From Eledone cirrhosa (Eukaryota): 64,000 nucleotides of DNA. A program made the translations under genes and the position numbers. This document shows positions 37,780-54,960 of the stretch, one piece after another. Location: contig CAXHJY010000996.1 of NCBI GenBank assembly GCA_964016885.1, positions 62,001 to 126,000 of the forward strand. Reading direction: 5' to 3'. The notes under the pieces were generated by a model, which worked only from the letters and a program-made list of their open reading frames with translations, was not told the origin of the DNA and did not search any database. The number at the start of each line of letters is the position of its first letter. Positions within the stretch are counted from its first letter, which is position 1.

Positions 37780-39608
37780 AATATATAAAAATTCATCTTA
37801 CGTATCATGTAAAGTCAACAAATTGTGTATAAAAACATAATGTATTTCACAGGGTAAAAAATAATAATAATACCATATAATAATATAAATTTTTAATTCA
37901 CATGCTGAATACTATAATAATGCCCTAGCTAACTCTGGTTACTCTGGTAGACTACATTATAAAGATGACAACCTTGAAACGACTCCGATTACCTATAATA
38001 ACGTGATATCCCACAATATGGCCTTTAATGGGGGTAAAAAACATAGGAATCATAGAAATCTTATAGATATATCCAAACCGAACCCTATGTATAACAACCA
38101 CAATAGTAATTATAATCGTGTGTCTAATGGTACACATTTTGAAAAATATTGGATCTTGCAGAATCTTAAATCACCAAAGATCTGCCTGAACACAAAGACG
38201 GAAATTTTCACCAGTTGCCCACGCATGAAATCACACCTGCTTTCCAGCTCATATAAACTTAACACACTTTCAGATACTTATCCTCCATAAACTCTTATTA
38301 TTCTCTTTATAATTACCCTTTCTGATTTACTTTAATTTTTATCCTTATTATTAATTTCATTTATTTTTATTTTTTTATTTTTATTTTTTTATTTTTATTT
38401 TTTTATTTTTACTTCACATCCACCAATAACCCTTTTATTCTCCGATTCACTTACCTAATATCTTCATTTTCCATTTTTTACTTCCCTATTTCCTTCACTA
38501 ACTGATTACTGTGGTCACTTGCGTTTGCCACTCCAGGTATTTTTTATTTTTATTTTTATTTTTTATTTTTGCGCAGCCAATCTTACAATTTTATAATTTT
38601 ATATTTGTACTTACTTATCCACAAGTTTTTTACACCCTGTATCTATGTGGCTGAACGCCTTAATGTGTGTATACTTTCTATATATGTACATGAGCGACTA
38701 CGTATGTGCGCGCGCGTGCGTGTATATATATGTATATATATGTATGTGTATGTGTATGTGTCTTTATATCCGTGTTTTTACATCTAGGTTTTATGTTTTG
38801 TTTCTTTTTTTTTCTCCCCCTTTTTTACATCCTCATTTTTATGCGTGTGCATGCAAACAGGTCAATATGCGTGAGTGTAAGTATGTGTGTGTATGTGTAC
38901 GTATCGAACGTATGGATGTGTAAGTGTGCGTGTGTATATAAGCATGTATATTTTTGCGTTTCTTTTGTGAGATATACGTGTGTGTGTATGCGTGTACCTT
39001 GTTTGTCTTCTTTTCTTAAATTTTTTCTTTCTAAATTATTGTTCCATTTTTATAAATATATCGAGCTTGATACTTTCCTTTAATTATTACACTCCCTTAC
39101 CTCTTTTACTTCCGCATATAAGTGTACGTATCTGTAGGTGTGTTTATGCGCGCGCCTTCATAATCTTATGATGTATCTATTCTGTCTGTAGATTACAGAT
39201 ACACAGATACATTTGCCCTAAATTATATATTTACGCACACTTTTTCACTATACGTATACATATGTGCATACACATATATGCACATCTGTGAGCGTATATA
39301 CATACATATACACACACCTAACTATATTTCTTGTAAGATTTTATATATTTCATATTCTAATTCATTTGTCTATATTTTTATTTTTTGCTTTTCTTGATGA
39401 GACTTTCCAAGTATTTACCCATGTTTTATATTGCCTCGTCTGACGAACGAATGAAGACGTTTCTTTCGTATTCGCCTCATTCGGGAAACCTCTGGTAATG
39501 AGGTAATTATATTGTATTGATTTTTATACATTAAATTTTGCTCTGGTACTTACATAGAGCACTCTTCACTTCTATGACGTTTTCTGTTTTCAACGGAAAT
39601 TTCAATAC

Positions 39609-39610
<2 letters not shown>
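37780..39610 (+). mobile_element. Decayed Penelope-like element 3' part (second lineage)
   Basis: Remnant peptides YYNNALANSGYSGRLHY and EKYWIL...LNTKTEIFTSCPRMKSHLL resemble PLE thumb and GIY-YIG C-terminal motifs; a long T-rich 3' UTR ends in a hammerhead and (TA)n. Confidence 0.55.
39431..39506 (+). ncRNA. Type I hammerhead ribozyme
   Basis: ttgcctcgt CTGACGA a cgaatga...tcattcg g GAAA cctctgg TA atgaggtaa. Confidence 0.82.
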
Positions 39611-40880
<1,270 letters not shown>

Positions 40881-40905
40881 GTATATATATATATATATGT
40901 ATATA

Positions 40906-40946
<41 letters not shown>

Positions 40947-40953
40947 TTATATA

Positions 40954-40993
<40 letters not shown>

Positions 40994-40995
40994 CT

Positions 40996-41057
<62 letters not shown>

Positions 41058-41169
41058 TGTATATACTTATATATATATATAAAGATATATATATATATAT
41101 GTATATACTTATATATATATATATATATATATATATACTTATATATATATATATATATATATATATACT

Positions 41170-41215
<46 letters not shown>

Positions 41216-41240
41216 CATATATATACATATATATATATAC

Positions 41241-41311
<71 letters not shown>

Positions 41312-41312
41312 C

Positions 41313-41343
<31 letters not shown>

Positions 41344-41358
41344 CATATATATATATAC

Positions 41359-41435
<77 letters not shown>

Positions 41436-41458
41436 CATATATATACATATATATATAT

Positions 41459-41946
41459 ATGAACCTCTACTCCTTGGAGCGAAGACGGGAGAGATACGCA
41501 GTGATCTACATGTGGAAAATCCTGGAGGGACTAGCACCAAACTTTGGCATTGGGAGCTGGACCAACCGTCGGGAGCTGGACCAACCGTCGAACAGGACGT
41601 CACTGTGTGGTGCCAAAGGTCCCGTCTTCCACATCTAGAATAAGGAGCAGGTATTGCAATAGCCTGGGATTCAAGGGCCCTCAACTCTTCAACAGGCTGC
41701 CGAGGCATCTGAGAGACTTGCATGACGTGAAGGTGGATGTCTTTAAGAAACATCTCGACAACTTGTTATCCAGGATCCCGGATGAGCCCACAGCAAGACA
41801 CGAGGGAAACCTAAGGGCAGCAGCAACAAACTCCCTCCTACACCAGTGGCCAACCTATACAGGCTGGAGATAAAATGCGTAGCAACAAGGGTGGTGCCCC
41901 AGCATGGCCTCAGCCGGATGGCTGAAACAGGTAAAAGAGTAAAAGA

Positions 41947-41949
<3 letters not shown>
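41459..41949 (+). pseudogene. CR1-type LINE 3' end
   Basis: [26 protein letters not shown]...IPDEP; 3' tail GGTGGTGCCCCAGCATGGCC...(GTAAAAGA)2; frameshift caused by a short duplication. Confidence 0.85.
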
Positions 41950-42043
<94 letters not shown>

Positions 42044-42084
42044 CATATATATATATACATATATATATATACACATATATATAT

Positions 42085-42125
<41 letters not shown>

Positions 42126-42130
<5 letters not shown>

Positions 42131-42477
42131 ATATAATGTATTTTGCAATACACTTTATGCTTAATTAAAAGCATTTTGAAGACCGTATGCTATTGTTTTA
42201 GAGTAGTGACAAATTCACTTACTTTAATCTCAGCAAACAGGGGAGATAAGCCGACAAGGCCTTGTTTCGCTTTTGTTGAAGCTTATCAAGGCTAACTACC
42301 CCTCCTGTCTACTGAGATTACTGATGTTATATTCTTATAGAATTCTAGTAAATAATCAGGAACTGATTATACAGAGCGATTGTTGGTCAGGCAGAAATTA
42401 AGAATTAGAATTGGAGCTCTGAAATAGCAATACATATATGGATGTATATATAATGTATTTTGCAATACACTTTATGC

Positions 42478-42484
<7 letters not shown>
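42126..42484 (-). mobile_element. 317-bp retrozyme/pLTR-like monomer with 42-bp terminal direct repeat
   Basis: 42126-42167 is repeated at 42443-42484; the unit contains a hammerhead. Confidence 0.7.
42249..42293 (-). ncRNA. Type I hammerhead ribozyme, U3-A8 core variant
   Basis: agcc TTGATAA gctt caacaa aagc GAAA caaggccttg TC ggct (stem III is the 12-nt palindrome ACAAGGCCTTGT). Confidence 0.85.
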
Positions 42485-42513
<29 letters not shown>

Positions 42514-42593
42514 AAAATAACAGATTAAAGTTTAAGCAAAGAATCGCTGCTTCCACTCTCTTGGATATTAGTCTTCAAATTTATTATTATTAC

Positions 42594-42669
<76 letters not shown>

Positions 42670-42712
42670 TATACATATATATATACATATATATATACAT
42701 ATATATATATAA

Positions 42713-42975
42713 TCAACCTCCCCGGAGTTGACTGGTCCACAAACAGCCTGCCACCAGGTTCTTCTGCCTCAACCTCTGACAGGGAAACAGACCCTCCATC
42801 TCAACTCTACTTTTGAAAAGCAGAAGAACTGCGAAACCGGTAAAGGAACCAAATAAATAAACATATTTAAAAAAAAAATAAGACTCCAGTTGCATTTTCG
42901 ATTTCATCTTTTTTTGTTTATACTTTCACTCGTGTAGGACACCACGGTTATTTTTGATTTTGTAAAAAACCTCAC

Positions 42976-42982
<7 letters not shown>
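42713..42982 (+). mobile_element. PLE-like end fragment with hammerhead 3' half
   Basis: gc GAAA ccgg TA; the fold-back homologue at 46883-47242 is centred near 47030. Confidence 0.6.
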
Positions 42983-43057
<75 letters not shown>

Positions 43058-44405
43058 ATTGTTATACTTTGGGAGGGTCATGTTGCCAATAAGAAACACA
43101 CGCACCAGTTGCTTTCACTTCAATTTATTATAATCAATTCATAGATTAATAAATTTATAAATTTCTGGCTGGTTGGTTCCACAACCAGATAGTTGTTTAT
43201 ATATTGTCATAGTTTTTTCGTATCACACTCTGTGACCTCTTCAGTGACTGGGGATTATTTTCTTTGTTTTTTGTGCCTCTCCTTTGTTCTGTCCTACGCC
43301 ATTTTGTTTCTGTGTGTGTTTTGTGTGCTCAATCTGCGCATGCGCCACATCCGGGTGTCTGTGTGTGTTTATGTTCATTTATTTATTTGTTTATTTACAT
43401 GTTACTGGTTGGTTGTTTGTTCTATGTGTGTGTGTGTTTTCATTTTGTCCTTAATTGTAAGTTGTGATGTTGCTGTTCCACTCATATTTTCTATTTAATT
43501 TTGGTTGTAATTCTTTTATGTTTATTGCCTCTGTGATTTGTCTACACATTGCGTCTTTTCTGTGTGTAGACTCTATTTTTATTTCTATGTTCTCTAATTT
43601 ACCCTTGTGTTCTATTTTAGCATGTTGGTAGAGTACAGATGATTCTTTACTATCTTGAAGGTCTCGCCAGTGTTCATTTATCCGTTCCCCTACACTACGA
43701 GCTGTCTCACCTATGTACACTATATTTTTGTCTCTACATTGTCCTTCAGTACATCTTATGCTATACACTACATTTCTAGTTTTACAGTTAATATGGGGGT
43801 TTGTTTTACAGGTTATACATTTCTTATCTATACACGAGGGTCTTTGAAAAGGGTATGTCTTGCTAATAAGTGTTTTTACGGAGGTACCTGGTCTTTCTAC
43901 TATCTTAATATTGAGTTTATATTTATCTAGGGCCCTTCTAAATTTGTAAGCTAATTCACCTCTAGGGGTTGTATCGATGAACATTACACTCTGGTATTTA
44001 TTGCTATCATACCATGAGTTTATTCTATTAGCCTTGTTCCTCGTTCTTTCTATTCTATTCCAAAATTTGCTCCTATACAAGGGGCAGGTCCCATTTATAT
44101 CATTATTTACCATTTTTTCCCATTTGGTTCTGGCTCCTCTATACACTCTGATTTTATCTCTCTGATTGTAGCCAGAGAACTGCATACGGTGGATGAAGTG
44201 TTGTATGTGTCTCTCTAGTTCTTCGGGGTTGCACATGCGGGACACGTTTCTCATCACCCGTACCAAATCCGCAATCAGTATGTTGATTTTGGTATGGTCC
44301 GAAACGGCCGAGTTTCGGTGGATCAGATGTTTGGAAGTCATGGGTTTGGCATAACAAAAAACAAATCCTCCATTCCCATTATGCCAAACCATGACTTCCA
44401 AACAT
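43058..44405 (-). mobile_element. Penelope-like element, 5'-truncated with 5' inversion
   Basis: Near-identical to 30181-31490; inverted 5' piece at 44354-44405; TA flanks. Confidence 0.9.
43451..44353 (-). CDS. PLE thumb/linker plus intact-looking GIY-YIG endonuclease (partial ORF)
   Basis: YAKPMTSK...MQFSGY...PLYR...[12 protein letters not shown]...[16 protein letters not shown]...HAKIEH...RQITEAINI...LNRKYEW. Confidence 0.88.
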   Translation of the reverse strand, partial: YAKPMTSKHLIHRNSAVSDHTKINILIADLVRVMRNVSRMCNPEELERHIQHFIHRMQFSGYNQRDKIRVYRGARTKWEKMVNNDINGTCPLYRSKFWNRIERTRNKANRINSWYDSNKYQSVMFIDTTPRGELAYKFRRALDKYKLNIKIVERPGTSVKTLISKTYPFQRPSCIDKKCITCKTNPHINCKTRNVVYSIRCTEGQCRDKNIVYIGETARSVGERINEHWRDLQDSKESSVLYQHAKIEHKGKLENIEIKIESTHRKDAMCRQITEAINIKELQPKLNRKYEWNSNITTYN

Positions 44406-44408
44406 ATA

Positions 44409-44685
<277 letters not shown>

Positions 44686-44709
44686 GTATGTATATATATA
44701 TATATGTAT

Positions 44710-45037
<328 letters not shown>

Positions 45038-45070
45038 GTATATATCTATATATGTATATATCTATATATG

Positions 45071-45126
<56 letters not shown>

Positions 45127-45143
45127 TGTGTATATATATATAC

Positions 45144-45225
<82 letters not shown>

Positions 45226-45244
45226 GTATATATATACATATATG

Positions 45245-45276
<32 letters not shown>

Positions 45277-45278
45277 CA

Positions 45279-45699
<421 letters not shown>

Positions 45700-45711
45700 G
45701 TATATATATAC

Positions 45712-45743
<32 letters not shown>

Positions 45744-45744
45744 G

Positions 45745-45835
<91 letters not shown>

Positions 45836-45846
45836 GTATATATATG

Positions 45847-45883
<37 letters not shown>

Positions 45884-45894
45884 GTATATATATG

Positions 45895-45981
<87 letters not shown>

Positions 45982-46010
45982 ATATATATATATGTATATA
46001 TATATGTATA

Positions 46011-46261
<251 letters not shown>

Positions 46262-46296
46262 GTATATACATATATATATATATATGTATATATATG

Positions 46297-46554
<258 letters not shown>

Positions 46555-46564
46555 CATATATATG

Positions 46565-46624
<60 letters not shown>

Positions 46625-46630
46625 TGTATA

Positions 46631-46679
<49 letters not shown>

Positions 46680-46794
46680 CAAAGGAAATGTGGTAAGGAA
46701 CCAGATGGACCATAACGCACGAAAGTACTCAATACTTAGGGTCCAGAATTAGCCGTCGAAACGGCTTGAGCTCAGCCATCGGGGTCTTACTCGT

Positions 46795-46868
<74 letters not shown>

Positions 46869-46882
46869 GTATATATATATAT

Positions 46883-47242
46883 AAAGAAAACGAGATGAAA
46901 TCGAAAATGCAACTGGAGTCTTATTTTTTTTAAAAATATATATATTTATTTGGTTCCTTTACCGGTTTCGCAGTTCTTCTGCTTTTCAAAAGGTGAGTTG
47001 AGATGGAGGGTCTGTGGTTTTTCTCACATCTGTGAGAAAAACCACAGACCCTCCATCTCAACTCACCTTTTGAAAAGCAGAAGAACTGCGAAACCGGTAA
47101 AGGAATCAAATAAATATATATATTTTTAAAAAAAATAAGACTCCAGTTGCATATTCGATTTCATCTCTTTTTCTTTATACTTCCACTCGTGTAGGACATC
47201 TCGGTTATTTTTCATTTTGTAAAAAAAACCTCACTTTCTAAT
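46883..47242 (+). mobile_element. Fold-back mini-element
   Basis: About 145-bp inverted arms around TTTTCTCACA-TC-TGTGAGAAAA, plus a tail. Confidence 0.75.
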
Positions 47243-47509
47243 GTATATATATATATATATATATATATGCAAAAGTTTTATTTAAGATTGTTGGGTTACA
47301 ACGAGTAAATATTTTATAACTGATATAAAAGCACTCAACAGTTTCTGGAGTAGGTTTACGATATTAAACAAATGGAAACTATATTTATAAAACTATATTT
47401 ATTTCGTTATATATATATATATATATGTATATATATTTATATATACATATATATATGTATATATGTATATATATTTATATATACATATATATGTATATAT
47501 ATATATATA

Positions 47510-47591
<82 letters not shown>

Positions 47592-47662
47592 CTGTATACA
47601 TATATATGTTTTAGTATGGTTGCTTGGATGCGTCCATAGGCGGTATGCCGGTTGAGCACACT

Positions 47663-47730
<68 letters not shown>

Positions 47731-47925
47731 CTGTCCCTCAAAAATGTGTACACACTTGGATTACCCGTATAGTCAATATTTATAAGAATGCACTGCCTTT
47801 GAGAATAATTTTTTGGGGACACTGTGTGTGTGTGTGTGTATATACATATATACACAGGAAGCTCCAACAAGGTTGTCTTTTTTTCAGGGTATGTCAATAT
47901 TTATTTATAAAACAAATCTGTACTG

Positions 47926-47991
47926 TATTTTATCTGATGAGTGCGCACCATAATTTGCCTTGGTGGCCCTTGAAATATGTATAATAAAATA
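47926..47991 (+). ncRNA. Type I hammerhead ribozyme
   Basis: tattttat CTGATGA gtgcgcacca...tggtggccctt GAAA tatgta TA ataaaata; inverted family arm at 47269-47407. Confidence 0.75.
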
Positions 47992-48121
47992 AATATGGTT
48001 TTATAAATATAGTTTCCATTTGTTAAATATATTGTATATTTACTCCACAAATGTTGAGTGCTTTATATCAGTTATAACATTTTTTAAGCTTGTTGAATCG
48101 CAACAAATTAAATATAACCTC

Positions 48122-48187
<66 letters not shown>

Positions 48188-48584
48188 TATACATATACAA
48201 ATATATATATATATATATATATATACTTATATATATATATATATTGATATATATACATACATATATTTGATAAATATATGTAAAAAGTAAACAGAAATTA
48301 CAAAACAAACGACTCAGTACATGGGAGAAATATATTAGTTTAACGCTTGAAATATATATACATATATGTGGGTGTGTGTGTGTGTGTGGGGGGGATCTTA
48401 TCCAATGTATTCATTTTAAGGGAGGCTTGGCTGCTATTTCTAGTCGGTCGGTCGAGTGACAGCCTACAAGACATCCTATGTTGGTGTCTGAGGTGGATGA
48501 GAAAGTTTGTAATATCGTCTTCGTTTGTTATCAACATCATCATCATTAATGTCAGCAACACGACGGTAGAGAGAGAGAGAGAGT

Positions 48585-48644
<60 letters not shown>

Positions 48645-48880
48645 ATATATGTGAGCGAGAAGTGCTATAAATATATATAGAGAGAAATGTGTTATATATG
48701 TTTATAAAGAGGGCGGGAGAAGTGAGAGAGTGATATATTTATGACAGGGAGAAGAATGGGAGTTATATATGGCCGTGTGATAAACAGGAGAAACTCCTGA
48801 GTAACGAGACTTAATATAATGAATATCATAACCCTACTTAGGTATTGAGTACTGTTTTCTCTCAGCTGTCAACTTCATAT

Positions 48881-48942
<62 letters not shown>

Positions 48943-48950
48943 CCTGTGTG

Positions 48951-48984
<34 letters not shown>

Positions 48985-49133
48985 AGTGTACATATATGTA
49001 TATATATATATATGTGTGTGTGTGTGAGTGTACATATATGTATATATATATATATGTGTGTGTGTGTATATACATATATGTATATATAGATATATATACA
49101 TATATATATCTATATCAATATATAAAATATATG

Positions 49134-49177
<44 letters not shown>

Positions 49178-49744
49178 TATATATTATAGACATTGACATA
49201 TATATATGTATATATATAGAATAAGAGAGAGGAAGAGAGGAAGAGAAAAACGAAAGAAGAGAGAAGAACGTCGATGATATGGAAAAAGCGAAAGGCTAGT
49301 AAAGAGTGAGGTGGAAGGAGGGGACAAAGAGCGACAGAGAGAGAAAAAGAGAGACGGTGGTAGGGAAAGAGAAAGAGAGAGAAATACAAACAGACTTAGG
49401 AAAAGAGAAAGGGATATAGAGAAAGAGGGAAGTAGGAGGTAGGGTTAGGCTGCGGTGGAGGAAGAGGGAGGAATGCTACCGGATAGAAGGGAAACAGCCT
49501 GAGAGAGAAGCAGTCAATGTGAGAAAGAAAGAGAGGGGGAGGGAGAGAGAGAGGGAGAGAGGGAGTGAGAGAGGGGGAGTAAAAGAGAGAGACAGAGAGA
49601 GTAGGATAAAGAGAGAGAGAGAGAGAGAGAGAGTGAGAGAGTAGCAGAGAGAGATATTTGGATATACAAAACGAAACTGTATGTATATTATAACTTTTAG
49701 TTGTTAGTTTGAATTTATATTAACTTGCCACACATACAGTTATA

Positions 49745-50180
49745 TACACGTATACATACATACACATGTATACATACATACACATATATATACACATGTA
49801 TACATACCTACACAGATATATACACATGTATACATACATACACATATATACACATGTATACATACACATATATACACATGTATAGATACATACACATATA
49901 TACACATGTATACATACACACACATATATACACATGTATACATACATACACATATATACACATGTATACATACATACACATATATACACACGCAGATATA
50001 TACATATGTATACAAACATACACATATATACACATGTATACATACACACATATATATACACATGTATACATACAGATATATACACATGTATACATACACG
50101 CGCATATATACACATGTATACATACACACACATATATATATATATACATGTATACATACACATATATACACATGTATACA
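49745..50180. repeat. About 26-30-bp minisatellite with TACACATGTA core
   Basis: Seen directly. Confidence 0.85.
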
Positions 50181-50380
50181 TATACGCAGATATGTACACA
50201 CAGATACATAGATACACACACATATATACATACATACACACAGATATATACATACACTCGCACGCATACACACACACACTCATATAGACATAGACATACA
50301 TACGACGGGCACTTATACATTCATTTCCATTTACGCACACATGTGTGTGTATACATACACAGACATATATGTCCAATAGC

Positions 50381-50464
<84 letters not shown>

Positions 50465-51123
50465 CGAAGGAAATGTGGTAAGGAACCAGGTGGACCATAA
50501 CGCATGACAGTACTCAATACTTAGGGTAGTAGAGTGGGTAATAGGAACGAGTAGGACCCCGACGGCTGAGCTCAAGCCGTTTGGCCGGCTAATTCGTCGG
50601 GGTCCTACTCGTTCCTATATATATATATATATCTGTACATTATATATATATATATATATATATCGTATATGTATGTATATACAAACAGACACACACACAC
50701 ATACACACATTCGTACATGCACTAATACATTCATTTAGATTTACACGCACACACACACACATATATATATTTATGTGTGTGTATACGTATATATATATGT
50801 ATATATATATATATATGCACATACATGTATATGTATAAATATATAGCGTATATGTATGTATAAATACACACACACACACATAAATATATACACATGCACA
50901 CATTTTCTCGGTGTCAAATTAACTCTTATCTTTCGACTGTATTTTTCTGTGTGTTATGCGTATGTAAGTATGTATGAGTGTGTATGAGTGTGTATGAGTG
51001 TGTGTGGCCCCTGTGTAGGCGGGTGATGCATGTGTGTGTTGCTTACTACAAACGTGCGTGTATGTATATATGTCGAGGTATCTCTTTTGCGTGTGTGCAT
51101 GCGCGCATGTGTATGTATGCGTG

Positions 51124-51154
<31 letters not shown>

Positions 51155-51185
51155 ATACATATATGTGTGTGTGTGTATACATATA

Positions 51186-51221
<36 letters not shown>

Positions 51222-51344
51222 GGTGTGTATGTGTGTGTGTGTGTTTACACGTTTGTATGCGTCCCCTGTCGCAGTCTAAATTTGAAGACCATACAAAAGA
51301 CAGGATACCGTTTGTGTTTTACAACTGCAACAACATGAAACTAC

Positions 51345-51394
51345 TTCCACCACCACTACTACTACTACTACTACCACTACTACTACTACTACTA

Positions 51395-51428
<34 letters not shown>

Positions 51429-51480
51429 CACTACTACAACCACCTCTACTACTACTACTATAACTACTACTACTACCACC

Positions 51481-51518
<38 letters not shown>

Positions 51519-51588
51519 CACTAGTACTACCACCTCTACTACTACCACTACCACCTCTACTACTACTACTATAACTACTACTACTACC

Positions 51589-51620
<32 letters not shown>

Positions 51621-52004
51621 CACTAGTACTACCACCTCTACTACTACCACTACCACCTCTACTACTACTACTACCCCCACCAACACTACTACTACTACTA
51701 CCATTACCACTACTACTACCACCTCTACTACTACTATTATTACTACTACTACTACTATTACCACCACCACTACCACCACCACCACCACCACCACTACTAT
51801 TACTACCACCACTACTGTTGGTGGTAATAGTGGTAGTAGTACTAGTAGTAGTAGTAGTAGTACTAGTAATATTAGTAGTAGTAGTAGTAGTAGTAGTAAT
51901 AGTAGTAGTAGTAGTAGTAGTGGTGTTGGTGGTAGTAGTAGTAGTAGTAGTGGTGGTGGTGGTAGTAGTAGTAGTAGTAGTGGTGGTGGTGGTGGTGGTA
52001 GTAC

Positions 52005-52036
<32 letters not shown>

Positions 52037-52234
52037 ATAGTAGTAGTACTACTAGTAGTAGTAGTACTAGTAGTTATAGTAGTAGTAGTAGTAGTAGTGC
52101 TAGTAGTAGTAGTAGTAGTAGTTATAGTAGTAGTAGTAGTGGTAGTAGTAGTACTACTACTAGTAGTAGTAGTGGTAGTATAGTAGTAGTAGTAATAGTG
52201 GTAGTAGTAGTAGTAGTGGTAGTAGTAGTAGTAC

Positions 52235-52269
<35 letters not shown>

Positions 52270-52533
52270 TTGGTAGTAGTAGTAGTAGTAGTGGTGGTGG
52301 TGGTGGTGGTGGTAGTACTAGTAGTAGTAGTAGTGATAGTAGTAGTACTACTAGTAGTAGTAGTGCTAGTAGTTATAGTAGTAGTAGTAGTAGTAGTAGT
52401 ATAGTAGTGGTAGTGGTAGTAGTAGTAGTGGTAGTATAGTAGTGCTAGTAGTTATAGTAGTAGTAGTAGTAGTGGTAGTATAGTAGTGGTAGTGGTAGTA
52501 GTAGTAGTGGTAGTATAGTAGTGGTAGTAGTTA

Positions 52534-52568
<35 letters not shown>

Positions 52569-52605
52569 TAGTAGTGGTAGTGGTAGTAGTAGTAGTGGTA
52601 GTAGT
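51345..52605. repeat. (CTA/CCA)n tract that flips to (TAG/TGG)n at about 51816
   Basis: Seen directly. Confidence 0.9.
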
Positions 52606-52747
52606 AGACGACAACAACGATCACCAAACCAAGGAAAAGATAATGGAAGGAATTGTGACGGCCGAAACGTATTTCGCGTTGATCGAACGGCCTGCTTCGA
52701 TCTGGTCGGAGAGATACGGCACTGAACAACAACAACAATAACTACTT

Positions 52748-52781
<34 letters not shown>

Positions 52782-52919
52782 CACTACTACCACCATACTA
52801 CTACTATTACTACTACTACTCTAGAGAGTAAGCAACAGCAACAAAGCAGTGGTCGGTCAACTGTCTTATGGGATAAATAACAACAATAACAACTAAATAG
52901 CTCCATCAACACCACCCCA

Positions 52920-53240
52920 ATACCACCACCACCACCACCCAATACCATCACTACCCCCCCCCCCCCAATACCCCCCAATACCATCACTACCACCACCCCC
53001 AATACCCCCCCCAATACCATCACTACCACCACCCCCAATACCCCCCCCCCCCAATACCATCACTACCACCGCCCCCAATACCATCACGACCACCGCCCCC
53101 AATACCCCCCCCAATACCATCACTACCACCACCCCAATACCCCCCCAATACCATCACTACCCCCCCCCCCCAAATACCCCCCCCAATACCATCACTACCC
53201 CCCCCATACCCCCCATACCATCACTACCACCACCACCACC
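52920..53240. repeat. C-rich minisatellite (CCCCAATACCATCACTAC)
   Basis: Seen directly; G-run rich on minus. Confidence 0.85.
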
Positions 53241-53534
53241 ACCTTATCTTTTACAATCACTAATCACACCTCTCTCTTTAACTACCCCCCCCCCTCCTTA
53301 AAACAAGCTTTACATTGTCTTTATATCTAACTATCTATCTTTCTATCTTTGTCGTCTGTCTGTCTGTCTGTCTGTCAATCTCTATCTATCTCTCTATCTA
53401 TCTCTCTATCTATCCCCCCCCTCTCTATCTCTCCCCCTCTCTCTATCTCTCCCCCCCTCTCTCTCTCTACCAAACTCATTTATATTATATCAATCCCATG
53501 TTTTCTCCCCGAATCTCCGAAGAAAACCAAATCG

Positions 53535-53820
53535 GACAGAGGCACCACTACACACACACACACACACACACCACACAGACAGAGGCACCACTACACACCA
53601 CACACACACACACACCACACAGACAGAGGCACCACTACACACACACACACACACACACACACCACACAGACAGAGGCACCACTACACACACACACACCAC
53701 ACAGACAGAGGCACCACTACACACACACACACACACACACCACACAGACAGAGGCACCACTACACACACCACACAGACAGAGGCACCACTACACACACAC
53801 ACACACAGACAGAGGCACCA

Positions 53821-53853
<33 letters not shown>

Positions 53854-53907
53854 ACACAGACAGAGGCACCACTACACACACACACACACACACAGACACA
53901 CCACACA

Positions 53908-53947
<40 letters not shown>

Positions 53948-54049
53948 ACACAGACAGAGGCACCACTACACACTGACACACACACACACACCACACAGAC
54001 AGAGGCACCACTACACACACACACACACCACACAGACAGAGGCACCACT

Positions 54050-54116
<67 letters not shown>

Positions 54117-54194
54117 ACACAGACAGAGGCACCACTACACACACACACACACACCACACAGACAGAGGCACCACTACACACACACACACACACA

Positions 54195-54250
<56 letters not shown>

Positions 54251-54259
54251 GAGGCACCA

Positions 54260-54292
<33 letters not shown>

Positions 54293-54350
54293 ACACAGAC
54301 AGAGGCACCACTACACACACACACACACACACACACAGACACACCACACA

Positions 54351-54385
<35 letters not shown>

Positions 54386-54477
54386 CACAGACAGAGGCAC
54401 CACTACACACACACACACACACACCACACAGACAGAGGCACCACTACACACACACACACACACAGACACACCACACA

Positions 54478-54529
<52 letters not shown>

Positions 54530-54538
54530 GAGGCACCA

Positions 54539-54571
<33 letters not shown>

Positions 54572-54960
54572 ACACAGACAGAGGCACCACTACACACACA
54601 CACACACACACACACCACACAGACAGACACACCACACAGACCACACACCACACAGACCACACACCACACACACTGACACACACACTACACACACACAGAC
54701 AGAGGCACCACTACACACACACACACACACACACACCACACAGACACAGACACACACACCACACACACACAGACACACCACACAGACAGACACACCACAC
54801 AGACACACACAGACAGACACACCACACAGACCACACACCACACAGACCACACACCACACACACTGACACACACACCACACACACACAGACAGAGGCACCA
54901 CTACACACACACACACACACACACCACACAGACACAGACACACACACCACACACAGACAC
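53535..54960. repeat. Minisatellite: constant CAGACAGAGGCACCACTA core with variable (CA)n spacers
   Basis: More than 20 cores seen directly. Confidence 0.9.

Noticed and set aside
53535-54960. CRISPR-like constant repeat with variable spacers
   Set aside because: The spacers are only (CA)n of varying length, there are no cas genes, and the context is eukaryotic; this is a minisatellite.
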